From: Lingula anatina
Taxonomy: Eukaryota; Animalia; Brachiopoda
DNA: 64,000 nucleotides
NCBI GenBank assembly: GCA_051362555.1
Contig: CM120641.1
Span: forward strand, 44,832,401 to 44,896,400
Reading direction: 5' to 3'
Part shown: in pieces, positions 1 to 12,200 of the stretch
Layout of the letters: each line of letters begins with the position of its first letter
Numbering within the stretch: position 1 is the stretch's first letter
Program-made: the position numbers and the translations under genes
Notes under the pieces: generated by a model
Database searches by the model: none
Told to the model about the DNA's origin: nothing
What the model saw: only the letters and a program-made list of their open reading frames with translations

Positions 1-1447
1 TTACAATACTGAAATGGTTTTAGAAGAAAACAGATTAAGGAGTGGGTATTGTCTGCGGCAAGAGTTTAAAACAAAACTGATAATCCTTTTGCTACTGCGC
101 GGATTGCAAAACATTTCCAGATCGTAGTAGTACGGTATTGACCCATTAGAGCCTGCGTCATCAAAACAAACGGCAGCCATACTGGAGGGAGACCGGAATC
201 GTCTGCTGCGCATGAACAAGCCATGTCTGTAGTTCAGTTTTCGTTTTCTGTATTTATTTTCATATATAACCGAGCAAAATGATGAATTACTGCAGGGTAT
301 TTGATCGAGAGAAGGTAACTTACTTTACAAGCGTTCTCAGACTGCCTGCAGTGGTAAAAATCCATGTTGAAGGAACTAAAACCATAAACGGAGGAGAGAC
401 GGCGAGGTGGCTTTGAATCAAGACTCTTCGGAAAAGTAAAGGATAAAACTAATTTATTTTATAGCAAAGAATGAAGAGCCAACTGTGCAGATTTACCATA
501 AAAGAAAAAACAGTAGAACACCAAAGACCTAGGTGTGTACGTTTGGGGCGCACGTGTATATTTAAAGTAGTGCCCAAAAAGTGTGGATGGAGAGTGTGTT
601 AATTTGTTAAAACCTGTGGAAATACCCAGGCAGTGTTTCGACTTTTATAATGAAGACTCACCTATTGCCTTGGGTGTAATTTGTTATCAGTTACGGTGCT
701 CTCTAGATTTTATCGGCTGTCACCTACCTCTTTTATACCTGGTTAGCATTATTCCCAATTAGTGTCAAGGCTATATTTGTACTGTACACAGCTGAGCTGG
801 GCCAATTAAATCAATTACCTGTATGAAGAGTATTTGGAAGTTAGTGGCTTAATTTTCGATTTGGTGTAGTGATAAGAGTAATTTTATTTTGCAAGTAAAT
901 TCTACCTCAGGTGTAATTGACATATAACTTTAATAACCTCATGAAATAATTTTGCACTTTCTTCTCTAAAAAAGTTAAATTCTGCTCCTTTTAACTGTAA
1001 TGTTGTAAGTTATAATATGAATAAAAAACACTATTGTTATCTTTCTATTAATTTAGATTTACATGTAGGAAATTGATCAGGCATTTCCCACCAAGCCACA
1101 CTGATTGGGTGCAAGTAAATTATTAAAAAAAAAAACAAAAAAAAACGGAAGCTTTTGATGACAGGTACAAAAGGCAGCTAGATGACACACAAGGTAGAAG
1201 CAGCAAAAAATATTCCTAGATCTCTGTGACCAGCTGAGGAGACAGGATCTGAACATCAGGAGAGTGAAATCCAGTGCATGACAGGAGTTATTTAATTGAA
1301 GTGACACTCAGAACTCAGCATTTCATGTTCACTTTTATTCATACAAAATGTGCACTTTTCCTATATGTTTAAGCAAATGGTTGCAGAAATCAATTCATGA
1401 ACTGAATTATTATTTTACATTGGACATCATAAATACATGATTGTGAA

Positions 1448-2450
1448 AAATGCCTTGCTTCTGTGAATGACTGAATAATAATAAAATCCTAACAATGTTG
1501 CTTATATGAATGGTTGCATTCATGGTGAATATTAAACTCTCTCAAACAACAGTCTCGTTACATGTACATTCTAATGAACCAAAATGAAGTACAAGAATGC
1601 TGAAATAATTTAAAAAGTTGATGATGGTATAGAGCAAATGTTCTGCATACTTTACTTCTGTACTGTATAAACAATAGCATCTGAAAATCCCCAATATAGT
1701 TAGGCTTTACATTTAAAAAAAGAGAACAACAAATACCTGATATTGCAGTTTAAAAGTAAATTTAAAATACATGAATTTTGTTCACTGAATACCTAGCAAA
1801 ATATTCTCAATGCAAATGGTATATAAAATTTTATAAAATCAGTTTGATACAATACTTTTTATGACAGTAGATGTATTTTGAAAACTTATTTACAACACAA
1901 CTCACCAGCTTTATTTTGATACAAAGGACACGTCTTTTTCATCATTGACATAGTTTCTATTGCTCCATTGATATCAAGTGTATAGTCCCATGGCAAATTC
2001 CCATTCTCTAAGTCCCACTTAAACTGAGGTTTGAGGATATTTGTAGTGCCTAACAAATGCTTCTGTGAATGACTGAACTAATAATAAAATGCTAACAATG
2101 CTGCTTATATGAATGAACAACAGTCTTGTTACATGTACTTTCTAATGAACCAATATGAAGTACAAGAATGCTGAAATAATTTCTGACAGCTTCACGATGT
2201 AAAGATAAGTCATAACTAACAGCAATATTTCATGTCATAAGACAATCATACATTCTTCCTTGAATCCACAAGGGTTTATCCTAATGATCAGCTCAAATTT
2301 TTTATATCTATCCTTTAAGAAAACAGTTGCTTCTATTTATGGTTAAACTTATGATTACACATTAAACTCTCTCAAACTATAACTGTTATTACCCAATGAA
2401 CAAGAAAAATGAAGTACAAGATAACTGAACTATCTTCTGACAACACGATG
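1448..2450. repeat. Three dispersed direct copies of a 100-170 bp unit (about 1448-1611, 2055-2200, 2360-2450)
   Basis: Shared tgcttctgtgaatgactgaa, tgaagtacaaga and ttaaactctctcaaac segments. Confidence 0.8.
1906..2049 (-). other. Candidate 144-nt exon of an unidentified divergent transcript
   Basis: Acceptor tttgttag, donor gtgagt; phase 1-1 open frame TTNILKPQFKWDLENGNLPWDYTLDINGAIETMSMMKKTCPLYQNKA. No recognisable homology and no complete gene model. Confidence 0.35.
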
Positions 2451-2639
2451 TTGGGTAAGTAGCATTTAGTAGGATTTCACGTTTTTAGACTGTCTGGAGT
2501 TCATATCGGTCGATCCCGCTGATCAGCTGAAGCCTCAGCTTGTATATATCCTTTTCCCTTTGGTGTCCTTGATCGTGATATGAAGTTTACTTTATTTTAT
2601 TTGGTTTACCTATATTTACGCTACTATTCCCCGTCGTTC

Positions 2640-3312
2640 ATTCCCTCCAGCATGGCCGCGGGACTAGTGTTACGGAGCAAATATGACGTCACTGTAATCG
2701 GTTAATACTGCAATGCAGCAAGGCAGTCGTGTCAACATTCCAAGGTTCTGCACTGATTACCATTTTCAAGTTAGGCATATTTTATCCACTGAATTTGTCT
2801 TGTGCTTTATCTACCTATGAATTAAAGTTAATATATTTTCAAGTCTGTGATATCCCGTGAAATAGTGAAGTTTATACGCCTAACCATATAAGGCAAGTTC
2901 TTGCTAAGGCAGTCCGCAGTCACGTGGTAAAGAAGGCATGTCTGACGATTTACATCATGTAAGTGCGCACATAAATGTAGATCGTCTTGCCTAAATACAC
3001 AATGCAATTTGCTGTGCTTTTAAAATAAATAATGCATTGTATCTGAGTCTTCATACTGCACTTTGAACTTCTAACACCCCAGAATAATACGACTTCGACT
3101 CAAGTTATATGTAATTTTCAAAAGTGATGTAAACGTTACGCAGCAAATGTATTTTTGTCCAATCATAGCATTTTATTTGCTGTTCGAAAGTCCCAGCGGA
3201 TAAATAGCCGGTCGAAAGAAGTGCCTGCCACCCTTGTAAGCCTTCTCTCGGATAAGGAAGTTAAACTCTGATAGTCAGTCTCAAGTCGGAGGTATCACAA
3301 ATTGTCAAAATG
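2640..3312 (+). promoter_or_regulatory. CpG-enriched promoter and 5' exon of the cofilin locus, possibly bidirectional
   Basis: CRE palindrome TGACGTCA 2684-2691, E-box CACGTG 2921-2926, CCAAT 3159-3163, TATA-like GATAAATA 3199-3206, then aaaATG|gtaggt at 3310. Confidence 0.65.
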
Positions 3313-6300
3313 GTAGGTGTTTTTACTGCTTGTTTATACTTTGAAGCAATAAATTACTATGGGTTAAGGTATATATGTGTGACATTTTAAATTTGTACGT
3401 AAAATTGCCGAAATTATCGAATGAAAAAGGAAGGGGGTGTCCGCTAACGTGACGAATGCTTAATGTTAGATCTAGAAGGTCTAGAAGTTAACGGAATGAG
3501 TCACCGTCTCAATATTAAGAATTCGAAGGGTATAAGACGCGTAGTTTAATCTGATCGACACTAATGAAAATGCAACATTTCATTCATTTGAGCGGACACC
3601 GTTCTAGCTTCAGTACATGCGTGTGACCCAGTATTTTGACGGGTAACGGCCCTTATTTCTACGGGATTGACCTAATTTGGTCTTGCGCATTGGCATTGCT
3701 TAGCCAGAATGATAGGTGGTATCTCAAAGTCACCCGGAGAATTTTGTTATTTCGATATATCTTTATAGCTTGTGTTTTTATTTTGTGTGTTAGTGCAAGC
3801 GGCATGATTGTGACCCATCCCCTTAACACAACTTCTCTAATGAATTGAGGCATTGAATTTTTTTATCAGTGTGTGCCATGGATTAGTTTACATGAGTAAT
3901 ACTGACATTTACAACTATTTTAGAAAAAAAACAACAAAAACATCAACAACAATGTGGATTTTAAAGGGTGAAATACACCTATGTAATAATTGTTAGTGAT
4001 GTGTGCCCTTTCAAGAGGATTCTATTGGGCGGGGGGAGGGCAGTTCACAGGAAATAAAATCGTTAATTCACAAATCACAGTAAATAAGAAATTATTCATA
4101 TTTCATTGAAAGTATACAGGTATTACGAGTTAAAAATCACAAACCAGCGAGTTTAATAATTTTGTTTCATGTAGGATGGAAAATGATGAAGCTGCAATCA
4201 CGAGTTACAGGAATTGGGTTCTTTATGGATCATGCTAAATAATATGTGCATTTCACACTTCTTGGGGAAGAAAAAGTGGCTTTCACAGATAAGAAAATGC
4301 CCAATGGGACCCTCCTTAAATCGCTTCCCTATTTCTCATTTGAAGGATAACATGCAATGGAGGGGGTCAGAGCTTCTTTTTAAACAGTAAATAAAAATTG
4401 AAAAAGAACTACAATGAACAAGCATTGTATTATATAGTTTATTGATAATTTTGTAATATTACTCATATTTTATATATTTTACAATTTGATTATATGACAT
4501 GTCTTGGGAAGGCAATATGATGGTCCTGTTGTTGTACAGTTAGGAGTATGGGAATAATTGTCATGCCCCTCCCCTGTGAATCATTTTCATTAATATAACA
4601 TACTACTTGCAGTATGAATAACTGCAAAGGCTCTCAGAGTTATGTTTTACAGTTGTTTAAATTATTTAACATTTATTTCCTTGTGGGTTTTGTATAAAAT
4701 CTATATTTGTAACATGCAACAACATTTGTTACTGCTGACTAAATGTCATACCTATAATTAAAATTTCAGTATGTCAGATTGAATCAGACGTATTTGTGGC
4801 AAATTGAGTAATTGTGGCCCATAAGTCAGATACTCACAGGTTATGCATAGATCCTGGAATAAATAACATAACACATGGGAAGAATATACACCTGAGCTAG
4901 CTAGAAAATGTGAAAGGTTATATGGATTCCCCTGTTTGGAACTTGCAAGTGCTATTACCTGACAGTTTTTGAGTTGAATGTAGCTGTGAGGTAAATTGTC
5001 TTGATATGAAAATGTATGGACTACTTTTCTTTTTATGCTGTTTATGATTGAATGAAAAGGAATTATATTAGAAAAATTGAAAACCTGGTAAAATTGTTTC
5101 TGTTTTCATTATTAAATATGGGACACTTTTGGTATATAATTTGTATATATAGATATGTCCAATGTTAATGCGCAGGGAGAAAAAAAAATATAGAAACAAG
5201 TACAAAATAAAAATTAAATGTTAGGCAAAAGACTCTACAATATCCAGAAAAACTCAAACAAGTGTACATTGAAGGGTGTGGGTTAATAGATCCATATTTA
5301 GTCGTAAATATGTCAGACTCCACTACACGATGATATAAATACAGGCCTGTTTCTTTGGCTACCAGACTGATGCATTTCATAAATGGGTGAACTCCCTACG
5401 GATCTTTGTATTGGAGAAATTCTGTGATGAGTTTGCATGATTTGCATGTAGTTCATGTGATCTGCGTGCGTTTTTCACTGCATGTTAAGCCAGCCAGCCA
5501 GTCAGCTTGAAGGATGAGGAAGACCGAAGTGCATGTGCAGCCTGTTGGTGGGAAGATGATGCCTGTAACGAAAAGGTCAGGTTCTGAGTTTTTTGTCTTG
5601 CTTAAAACTATTATTATAGTGTTTAAGTTTGCTGATTAGTCTTTTTTTTTTTTTTTTGGGGGGGGGGGGGGGGTCAAACTGCTGATATTGGTCGTTGTTG
5701 TTATAATTACCAATTAGTGCAGTTCTTCCCCAACCCAACTCTAATTTGTCTATTTATGTCTGTTGATTAACAAAAAAAAAAATAATAATAATAAGCAGAT
5801 TTGTTGAAAAAACATAAGGCATTTTCCAGAGCAGAAATATGTCAAGATTTGCTCTTTGGCAAATGCTTTATCTGTACCTTGCATCTGCTATTTGCAAACT
5901 GTTCCACATAGTTCAGTTGTTCATAGAGAGTTGAATACTAACCAGTTTTCCCTGTACACAACTTTTGTGGTAATCACATCCCCTTTTACACCAAAGTTTT
6001 CAACATACTGACCACTGTTTGTGCACAAGCAATGTCTGCAAATATTTTTTCTGAAAAGAAAAAAAAAATAATCAGTTGTAAAATTGATGCCTTTAGAAAC
6101 AGTTGGCAGTGTTCATTGTGCAAATGCCTTTTGTTTTTCCCCATGATTGATTTAGTATTGTTATTTGTTTGGTTCCCTTTGATGGAGCAATGTAGCAATT
6201 AATCGACTTATTTTTGTGCTGACAAATAATAGGCACTGTTTGTTTGCATGCCCTTTGGACTTCTGAATTATAACTTTCTAACAGAATTTGTTCTGATTTA

Positions 6301-7517
6301 CGAGGGATATTATGTGTACATTTACATTTTTGTCTTTCCAGTCGTCTGGTGTGGCGTGTAAGCCAGAAGTCTTCACGATATTTGAAAATGATTTCAAATT
6401 GGGTCATCTTCACAGATACATCATCTTTAGTATCCAACAGAATGACAAATGTATTGATATAGAATCCTATGGAGACAAAGGTTTGTAGTGCTAATATTGT
6501 CACCCTTTTGTAACTTGATGGTTTATTTATAATTTTCTAGTATTTAAAGTTTTCTTTTTTGTTATCATTACTTTGTAAATAATTATTAATTGTACCTTAC
6601 AATATAAGAATCTGCATACATATACATCCAAATTTGGAGAAAGAATATAGGATATTCCCGCAAGTAGAACCAAATGTGGAGATTACACACTAAAATATAA
6701 CAGCTTGGAATGAAATGCTATTGGCCATCAATTCTATTAGAAGACTAAGTTGGCATTCTGCAAAAATAGATACATTTCCTTTTTTCTTTTTCGTTTTTAT
6801 TTTCTTGTTTATTATTATTATTATTATTATTCCAGATGCAACATATGATCAATTTTTAGAGAAGCTTCTCAAAGCAGAAGAAGACAAGCAGTGTCGGTAT
6901 GCAGTGTATGACTACATATTCAAACTAGATGATGGCTCACAAAGAAATAAAATTGTTTTCATTACATGGTAGGTTTTTAAAAATTGTTTTAGGGGGTTTG
7001 TATGGAGTAGGTTTCTTGGGCCATTGATAGATTTTTAAACGTTAACTGAATTAACCAGTGAAATGACTTTATCCGGCCTATAAGGTATTTTTATACATGA
7101 ACTGATTTAACCATTGAGTTGACTTAATTCATCCTGTAAGATGAATAATGAACAAACATTTTTTCCACTCTGCTGAAGCAGTTTGAATGTGTACATTCAA
7201 CTTCTTGAAAATATAAATTTTGAATAGGGTTGGTAATCCATTTTCAAAAGGTTTAACAGCATTTGAAAAAAGGCGATGCTGGTATTGTGGTTACCTGTTC
7301 TCCTACTTTGAGACTCGGTATGTAAATGATTCTTTTTTCATCTTTTTTCAGGATCCCAAATGGAGCTAGTATTAAACAAAAAATGTTGTACGCCAGCAGT
7401 AAAAGAGAAATCCGAGGGAAACTGACAGGCATAGCCAAAGATCTTCAGGCAACAGATCGGGATGAAATTGGCGAAGATTGTATTTTAGAAAAATGCAAAG
7501 AAAACATGAGATTCTGA
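3310..7517 (+). CDS. ADF/cofilin isoform A (146 aa). Exons 3310-3312 (ATG only), 6342-6480, 6836-6968, 7352-7517
   Basis: Spliced translation MSSGVACKPEVFTIFENDFKLGHLHRYIIFSIQQNDKCIDIESYGDKDATYDQFLEKLLKAEEDKQCRYAVYDYIFKLDDGSQRNKIVFITWIPNGASIKQKMLYASSKREIRGKLTGIAKDLQATDRDEIGEDCILEKCKENMRF. It shows the ADF-H motifs CRYAVYD, KIVFI-W-P, KMLYASSK and LQATD. All introns are GT-AG with consistent phases (441 nt). Exon 2 has no Met, so it needs ATG|gtaggt at 3310. Confidence 0.93.
4015..4314. mobile_element. Degenerate MITE-like element in cofilin intron 1
   Basis: Inverted termini gaggattctattgggc / gcccaatgggaccctc (13 of 16 match); internal (t/a)tcaca repeats. Confidence 0.5.
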
Positions 7518-9082
7518 TGCCCAGTCTCATCAGTATTTGCTTTTAAGAAGTTTGAACTAAATGACTTGAACAAGTTTTTCTATCTATATTGTCCTGCCAA
7601 ATCATATGTGACTTGTAGGACATTGCTTCATAAAGCAAATTTATCAGGGCAGTTTCTCTGAAAAAAAAAGCATATAGAACAGATGCTCAACCATGTTATT
7701 TTCACATGTCAGATCTACTACTTTGCCAATGAAATAGAAACTGATATTAAGAAGGGTACAAATGTCTTCAGAGAAAGTTCTGAAGTTGTTTTAAAGCTTC
7801 CTTATAACAACAGCAGCTGGTAATGTATGTAACATAATATGACTTACTGTATTTGTACTTGTTAAAAAGTGTGACTGACCTTAATTTTATAAGACTATAG
7901 AAAACTTGTGAGGGTAATTTATGTACTGATAATGTTAAAAATGTGGGAAGTTGGGAAGAAGGGGGGTTAACTAAAAAGAACCCGAAAAGTAAACTAATTA
8001 TAGAGTTGCTTTTCATGCCGGTATTACTTAATATGCTACATCTTCATGATACCAATATGCTTGATCCCATTCAGGTGATGAATTTTAAAGTAACAGGCTT
8101 TTGTGTAGAATTTAATAATTGATGGTTAGAAAATGTTTTCATTGCATTTGGTAATGTTCCTTAATGTCCACTATGTGGCCTTGAATTCATGTTGACTTTT
8201 GTATTTGAAACTTGTCTATTTTATCAAAAGAAATTAATGTTTTCACTTGTACCCATTTTGCTTATTGTTGATAAGATGTCTTGTTCATACTATATTTAAA
8301 ATAGTCATAATGTCATTCATATTCTGACACTATTTGAGTTAGCTTGCAGCTGTGCCTTTCAAAATGTCTTGGGCAACATTAATATTTTGGGAAACTCAGA
8401 TATGTTCAGTTTGATGTTAAGCTCAAAATTGTTTTTGACTTATTTTGATGTCATTTTACATGCTTTCTTAGGCATGAAAATAGCAGAGTATGGTCAGTAT
8501 ACCACCTGCACTAAATGCTCCAGTTGTAATGATTCTCAAGTAAAAAAAACTCGCAACTTGCCCAATTCAGGAAAAAATATTTAACCTTCATAAGAGAAAA
8601 AGAGATGTCAGATAAATTTGTGCCCATCAGGAATCTGATTTTTACATATATTGTTACCAAACAAGCTTCTGGCAAAGAAAGTTTTTTTTTTCTAATTTAG
8701 GCAATTAATTAAGTTCAGGAAAAAATTAAGATAACCCCAGTTTTGACTTTTTTATGTCTAATTATATTAAAAGATGACTAGACGGGTTGATCCTTGAAGA
8801 AAATGAACAGATGTCTGCAGCCCTTTGGGACATTCACTTTACAGTGATATTCCTTGTGGGTTACCACACCTTTACAGAAACAAATTCTGTAGCACACAGA
8901 TCTTTTAATAGTATTGCACGATGTCCAAGGGAAGCTCTGTTTCTTAATGTGGGCAGTGCTGCAAGGTCACACATAGTAAGGTGTACATATTGGTATTTCT
9001 AATAGACACGAAAGGCTTTACAGGGGGAGGGGGTATAGGTCTTTTTTTCTTCTTTGTGACATTATATTCAGATTTGCATTGG

Positions 9083-9119
9083 AATAAATGCATTTGATAA
9101 AACAAAGGTGTTTTGTGTT
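9083..9119 (+). terminator. Poly(A) signal for cofilin isoform A
   Basis: AATAAA 9083-9088 followed about 20 nt later by a GT-rich element (ggtgttttgtgtt). Confidence 0.6.
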
Positions 9120-9249
9120 CAAGATTAATCGAATGATACGTAAATCAAAATTTCCAGGGTAGTTGTGTGAGAGCTTGGTTTTCTGAGTGTGTGAGGGAAG
9201 AGCTTGAGGGGGAGAATTTTGCTCTTAGTTATTTATTTTTTGTTTCCAG

Positions 9250-12200
9250 TCTTCCATGTCGGGTATAAAGATACTGCCAAATGTACTAGAGCAGTATGAA
9301 AAGTTGCAGAAAAAGCATGAATTAAAGTACATAATCTTCAAAATTGGTACCCCAGAAGGAGGAAAAGATGATGTTATTTATGTGGATTGTGCAGAGCCAA
9401 GTAAGTGTGCAATCCAGTATGACGTACTCTGGTATTTCTAAAAGACAATTTCGTTAATTTTACTCTGTGCAATTTTATTTCGCTTAGCCAAATTGCAACT
9501 TTTCCCCCTCTTTTTTCTCCACAATGGTTGAAATTGGACTAAAACAGGTCAAACCAACCCTATTTTATTTAGCCAATTTTAGACTGGGTTCCCATACTTG
9601 GGTCGATCCATCTGGATCAACCAAACTCCCTGGTGGTTCACACTAAATTGCTATCAGCTCAAGAGGCATAAATGTCTGTCACGCCTTCTGAATCAGCTAG
9701 GGGTAAAGATAAATACCCCCTAACAGTTTAACTAGGCATGACAGACGTTTAAGCCGGTTAGTTTGATAGCAATTTAGTGAGACTCCCCAGGGAGACGGAT
9801 CGATCCAAATATCTGTGGGAATGGTCCCTTAGTCAGTTTTAGCATTTGGCTAAATTGGCAAGTGTTAGCGCTTTCCTCGTAACTATTATTTGCATGTATT
9901 TGAAAACAATGGCCCTGTAAGTAACTAACCTCATATTTGTTTTCAGATTTGCTTTGTTTAGGTAAAAAAGCAAAATTGGTGTGGTTGGTTAAATTTTACC
10001 TTAGTTTTGGTACATTTTGTGATGTTGTGTAATCCTGTGTGAAATCCAATTTTTTGTCAATGCATAGGGTTGTGGCATATAAAGTATAAGGGTATGGAAG
10101 ATTTTAGTGTTCAATGAACTGTTGAAAAAAATTTAAAGAATGTTAGAACTCTTTCGTCATCCATCTGTTCTAGCTGTCACCAAACCTATTTCTTTTAACT
10201 TTTAAACGTTTAATGCCTGTATATAGGCTTTCTTCAATATCTAGTTTTTTTAACCAACTTTTTTCCATTAACTTCTTTTTTGCCCAGGTTATCATTAGTT
10301 TGATTTTTAAAAAGTATGTATTTTCACCCATTGAAAAGTGCTGTTTTCAAATACAATCAATGAGGACAAAATATATATGTCATGTCAACATTTAATATAT
10401 ATTATGTATATATGTTTTTTTTTCATTTCAGGTGCAGATAAGTCACAAGGTAAAACGTGATTTTTTTGTTTTTGTTTTTGTGATAAAGCAATTGTTATGA
10501 CAACAAATGTAATAAAATGTGTTAAGGTTCCTAAAAGATCTTACCTTATTAGTGGCTTAATGTTTTGAGAAAATGGAAATATTTTAAAACTTATATAACT
10601 TATAATGTGCCAAAAACTTTTAGACTACTAGCCCGAACCAAAAAACACTAGCCCAATTTAAATAATTCATTTAAAAAGTTTAAGCAGATGTTGTAAAGAG
10701 TTGTGGTACCATACTGTACATTTGTATAAACCTTATTATAGAAGTAGAGCAAGTGAATAACAGTCAATCAGGTTAATTTCCAGTTGAGGAGGTGGTAAAA
10801 TTAATTAAAAATATATTTAATTCTTTTAATATGGAAAAAAATTTTTTTTTAATTTGTAATACCGAGTATCGTTACCCTTACTTTTCATATTTTTAGAATA
10901 CCTTTTTTTTTTTCATTTTTTATATGCAATCAAATTTTTTTTTATAATTCCTATTCTTTTTATTGACAAAGGTTCTTTTTTGTCAATTTATTTCCAATTA
11001 CATCGGTATATAATGCCACTTCTAATTTAAAATACATAGGTGTTGTAAGGGTAATTAAACAAACATCTTACAATTTTTTTGGTTACAATTCTTTTGGTTA
11101 TATATTTGTAAAAACAACTTTTCAATTCATTACCAGGACAAAGTGTGGAGGGGTAGCCATGACATAAACCGAACTATCCCACATTGTCAAGAATAGGTCA
11201 TAGGGTATTTATGAAACTGCCAGGGTCTTGTTGTTTTTAAAAGGCAATAAGCAAAGGAAAATGTATTTACTCATGGATATTAAAATTATAAATAAAAATA
11301 TAAACAAAAAAGGAAATGGAATACTCCACCCCTCAGTCTGCTAAGTGGTCCTAACCCAAATGTTCTATGAGATAAAGCATACATTAAACTTGCTCCGGAG
11401 ACAGTGTTGTTTTGACAAAACCTGTTGCTAGTACCAAGGAATTCCGGTCTGATCCAGTTTCTTGATTGACAGCAATTTGTAGTCATGACAACAAACTGGT
11501 CAAATAAAAAGATGCCGACACGCTGATCAGACAGACTGCTGCTATAAATAACTACAGTGAAGTTATTTATAGCAACTAATCAATATTCAGTAGTTAGAGC
11601 TAGGTGTGAGTTTTTTCAACTGAGACCCATATCATACTATTTAGAAACGTCAAATTAGATGCAGGGACAAAAAAGACTGGCAACTTGTATTTTTGAAATC
11701 TTACTGAGTGTTTAAATAGGTTCAAAATTACAACTAGCCCGTTTGGGCTAGTGCTTTATAAAATTTCAACTTTTTTACTAGCCCGGTGCCACTTTAGGTG
11801 GGCAATTGCCTCGGGCTAGTGCTTAACGTCGCAGACTGAATAATACTTATAACATAGTGTATAATGTAATAATACTTATTTATATTACTTGTTTTGTTTC
11901 ATTCCAGAGGAGCATTACGACGACTTTTTAAAAAAGTTACAAGAAAAACCAGGGGAGGGAAGATATGCTGTCTTTGACTTCGATTGTGGTGACAATGCAG
12001 TAAAAATAGTTTTCATTGCATGGTAAGCAGACTATATATATTTATTGTGATCTATGTGGTGACTGTCAATGTTCAAAACATCTGGTTATGTTGTCAAACT
12101 TACAGGACCGATGAACCGAAGTAAGATATAGGCTGTATTATACATGGCACAGAGCTGTTTTACACTCCCTACCCCCTTTAAGCATTATGTAATATTGTAT

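Noticed and set aside
1-420. CpG-richer patch with a 59-codon minus ORF (ATG at 180) and a TGCGCATG motif; faint THAP or GIY-YIG resemblance on the plus strand
   Set aside because: No recognisable domain, stops in all plus frames, and truncated by the window edge. I cannot tell a first exon from a decayed transposon.
6093-6503. 136-aa minus-strand ORF
   Set aside because: Antisense shadow of cofilin exon 2A plus intron.
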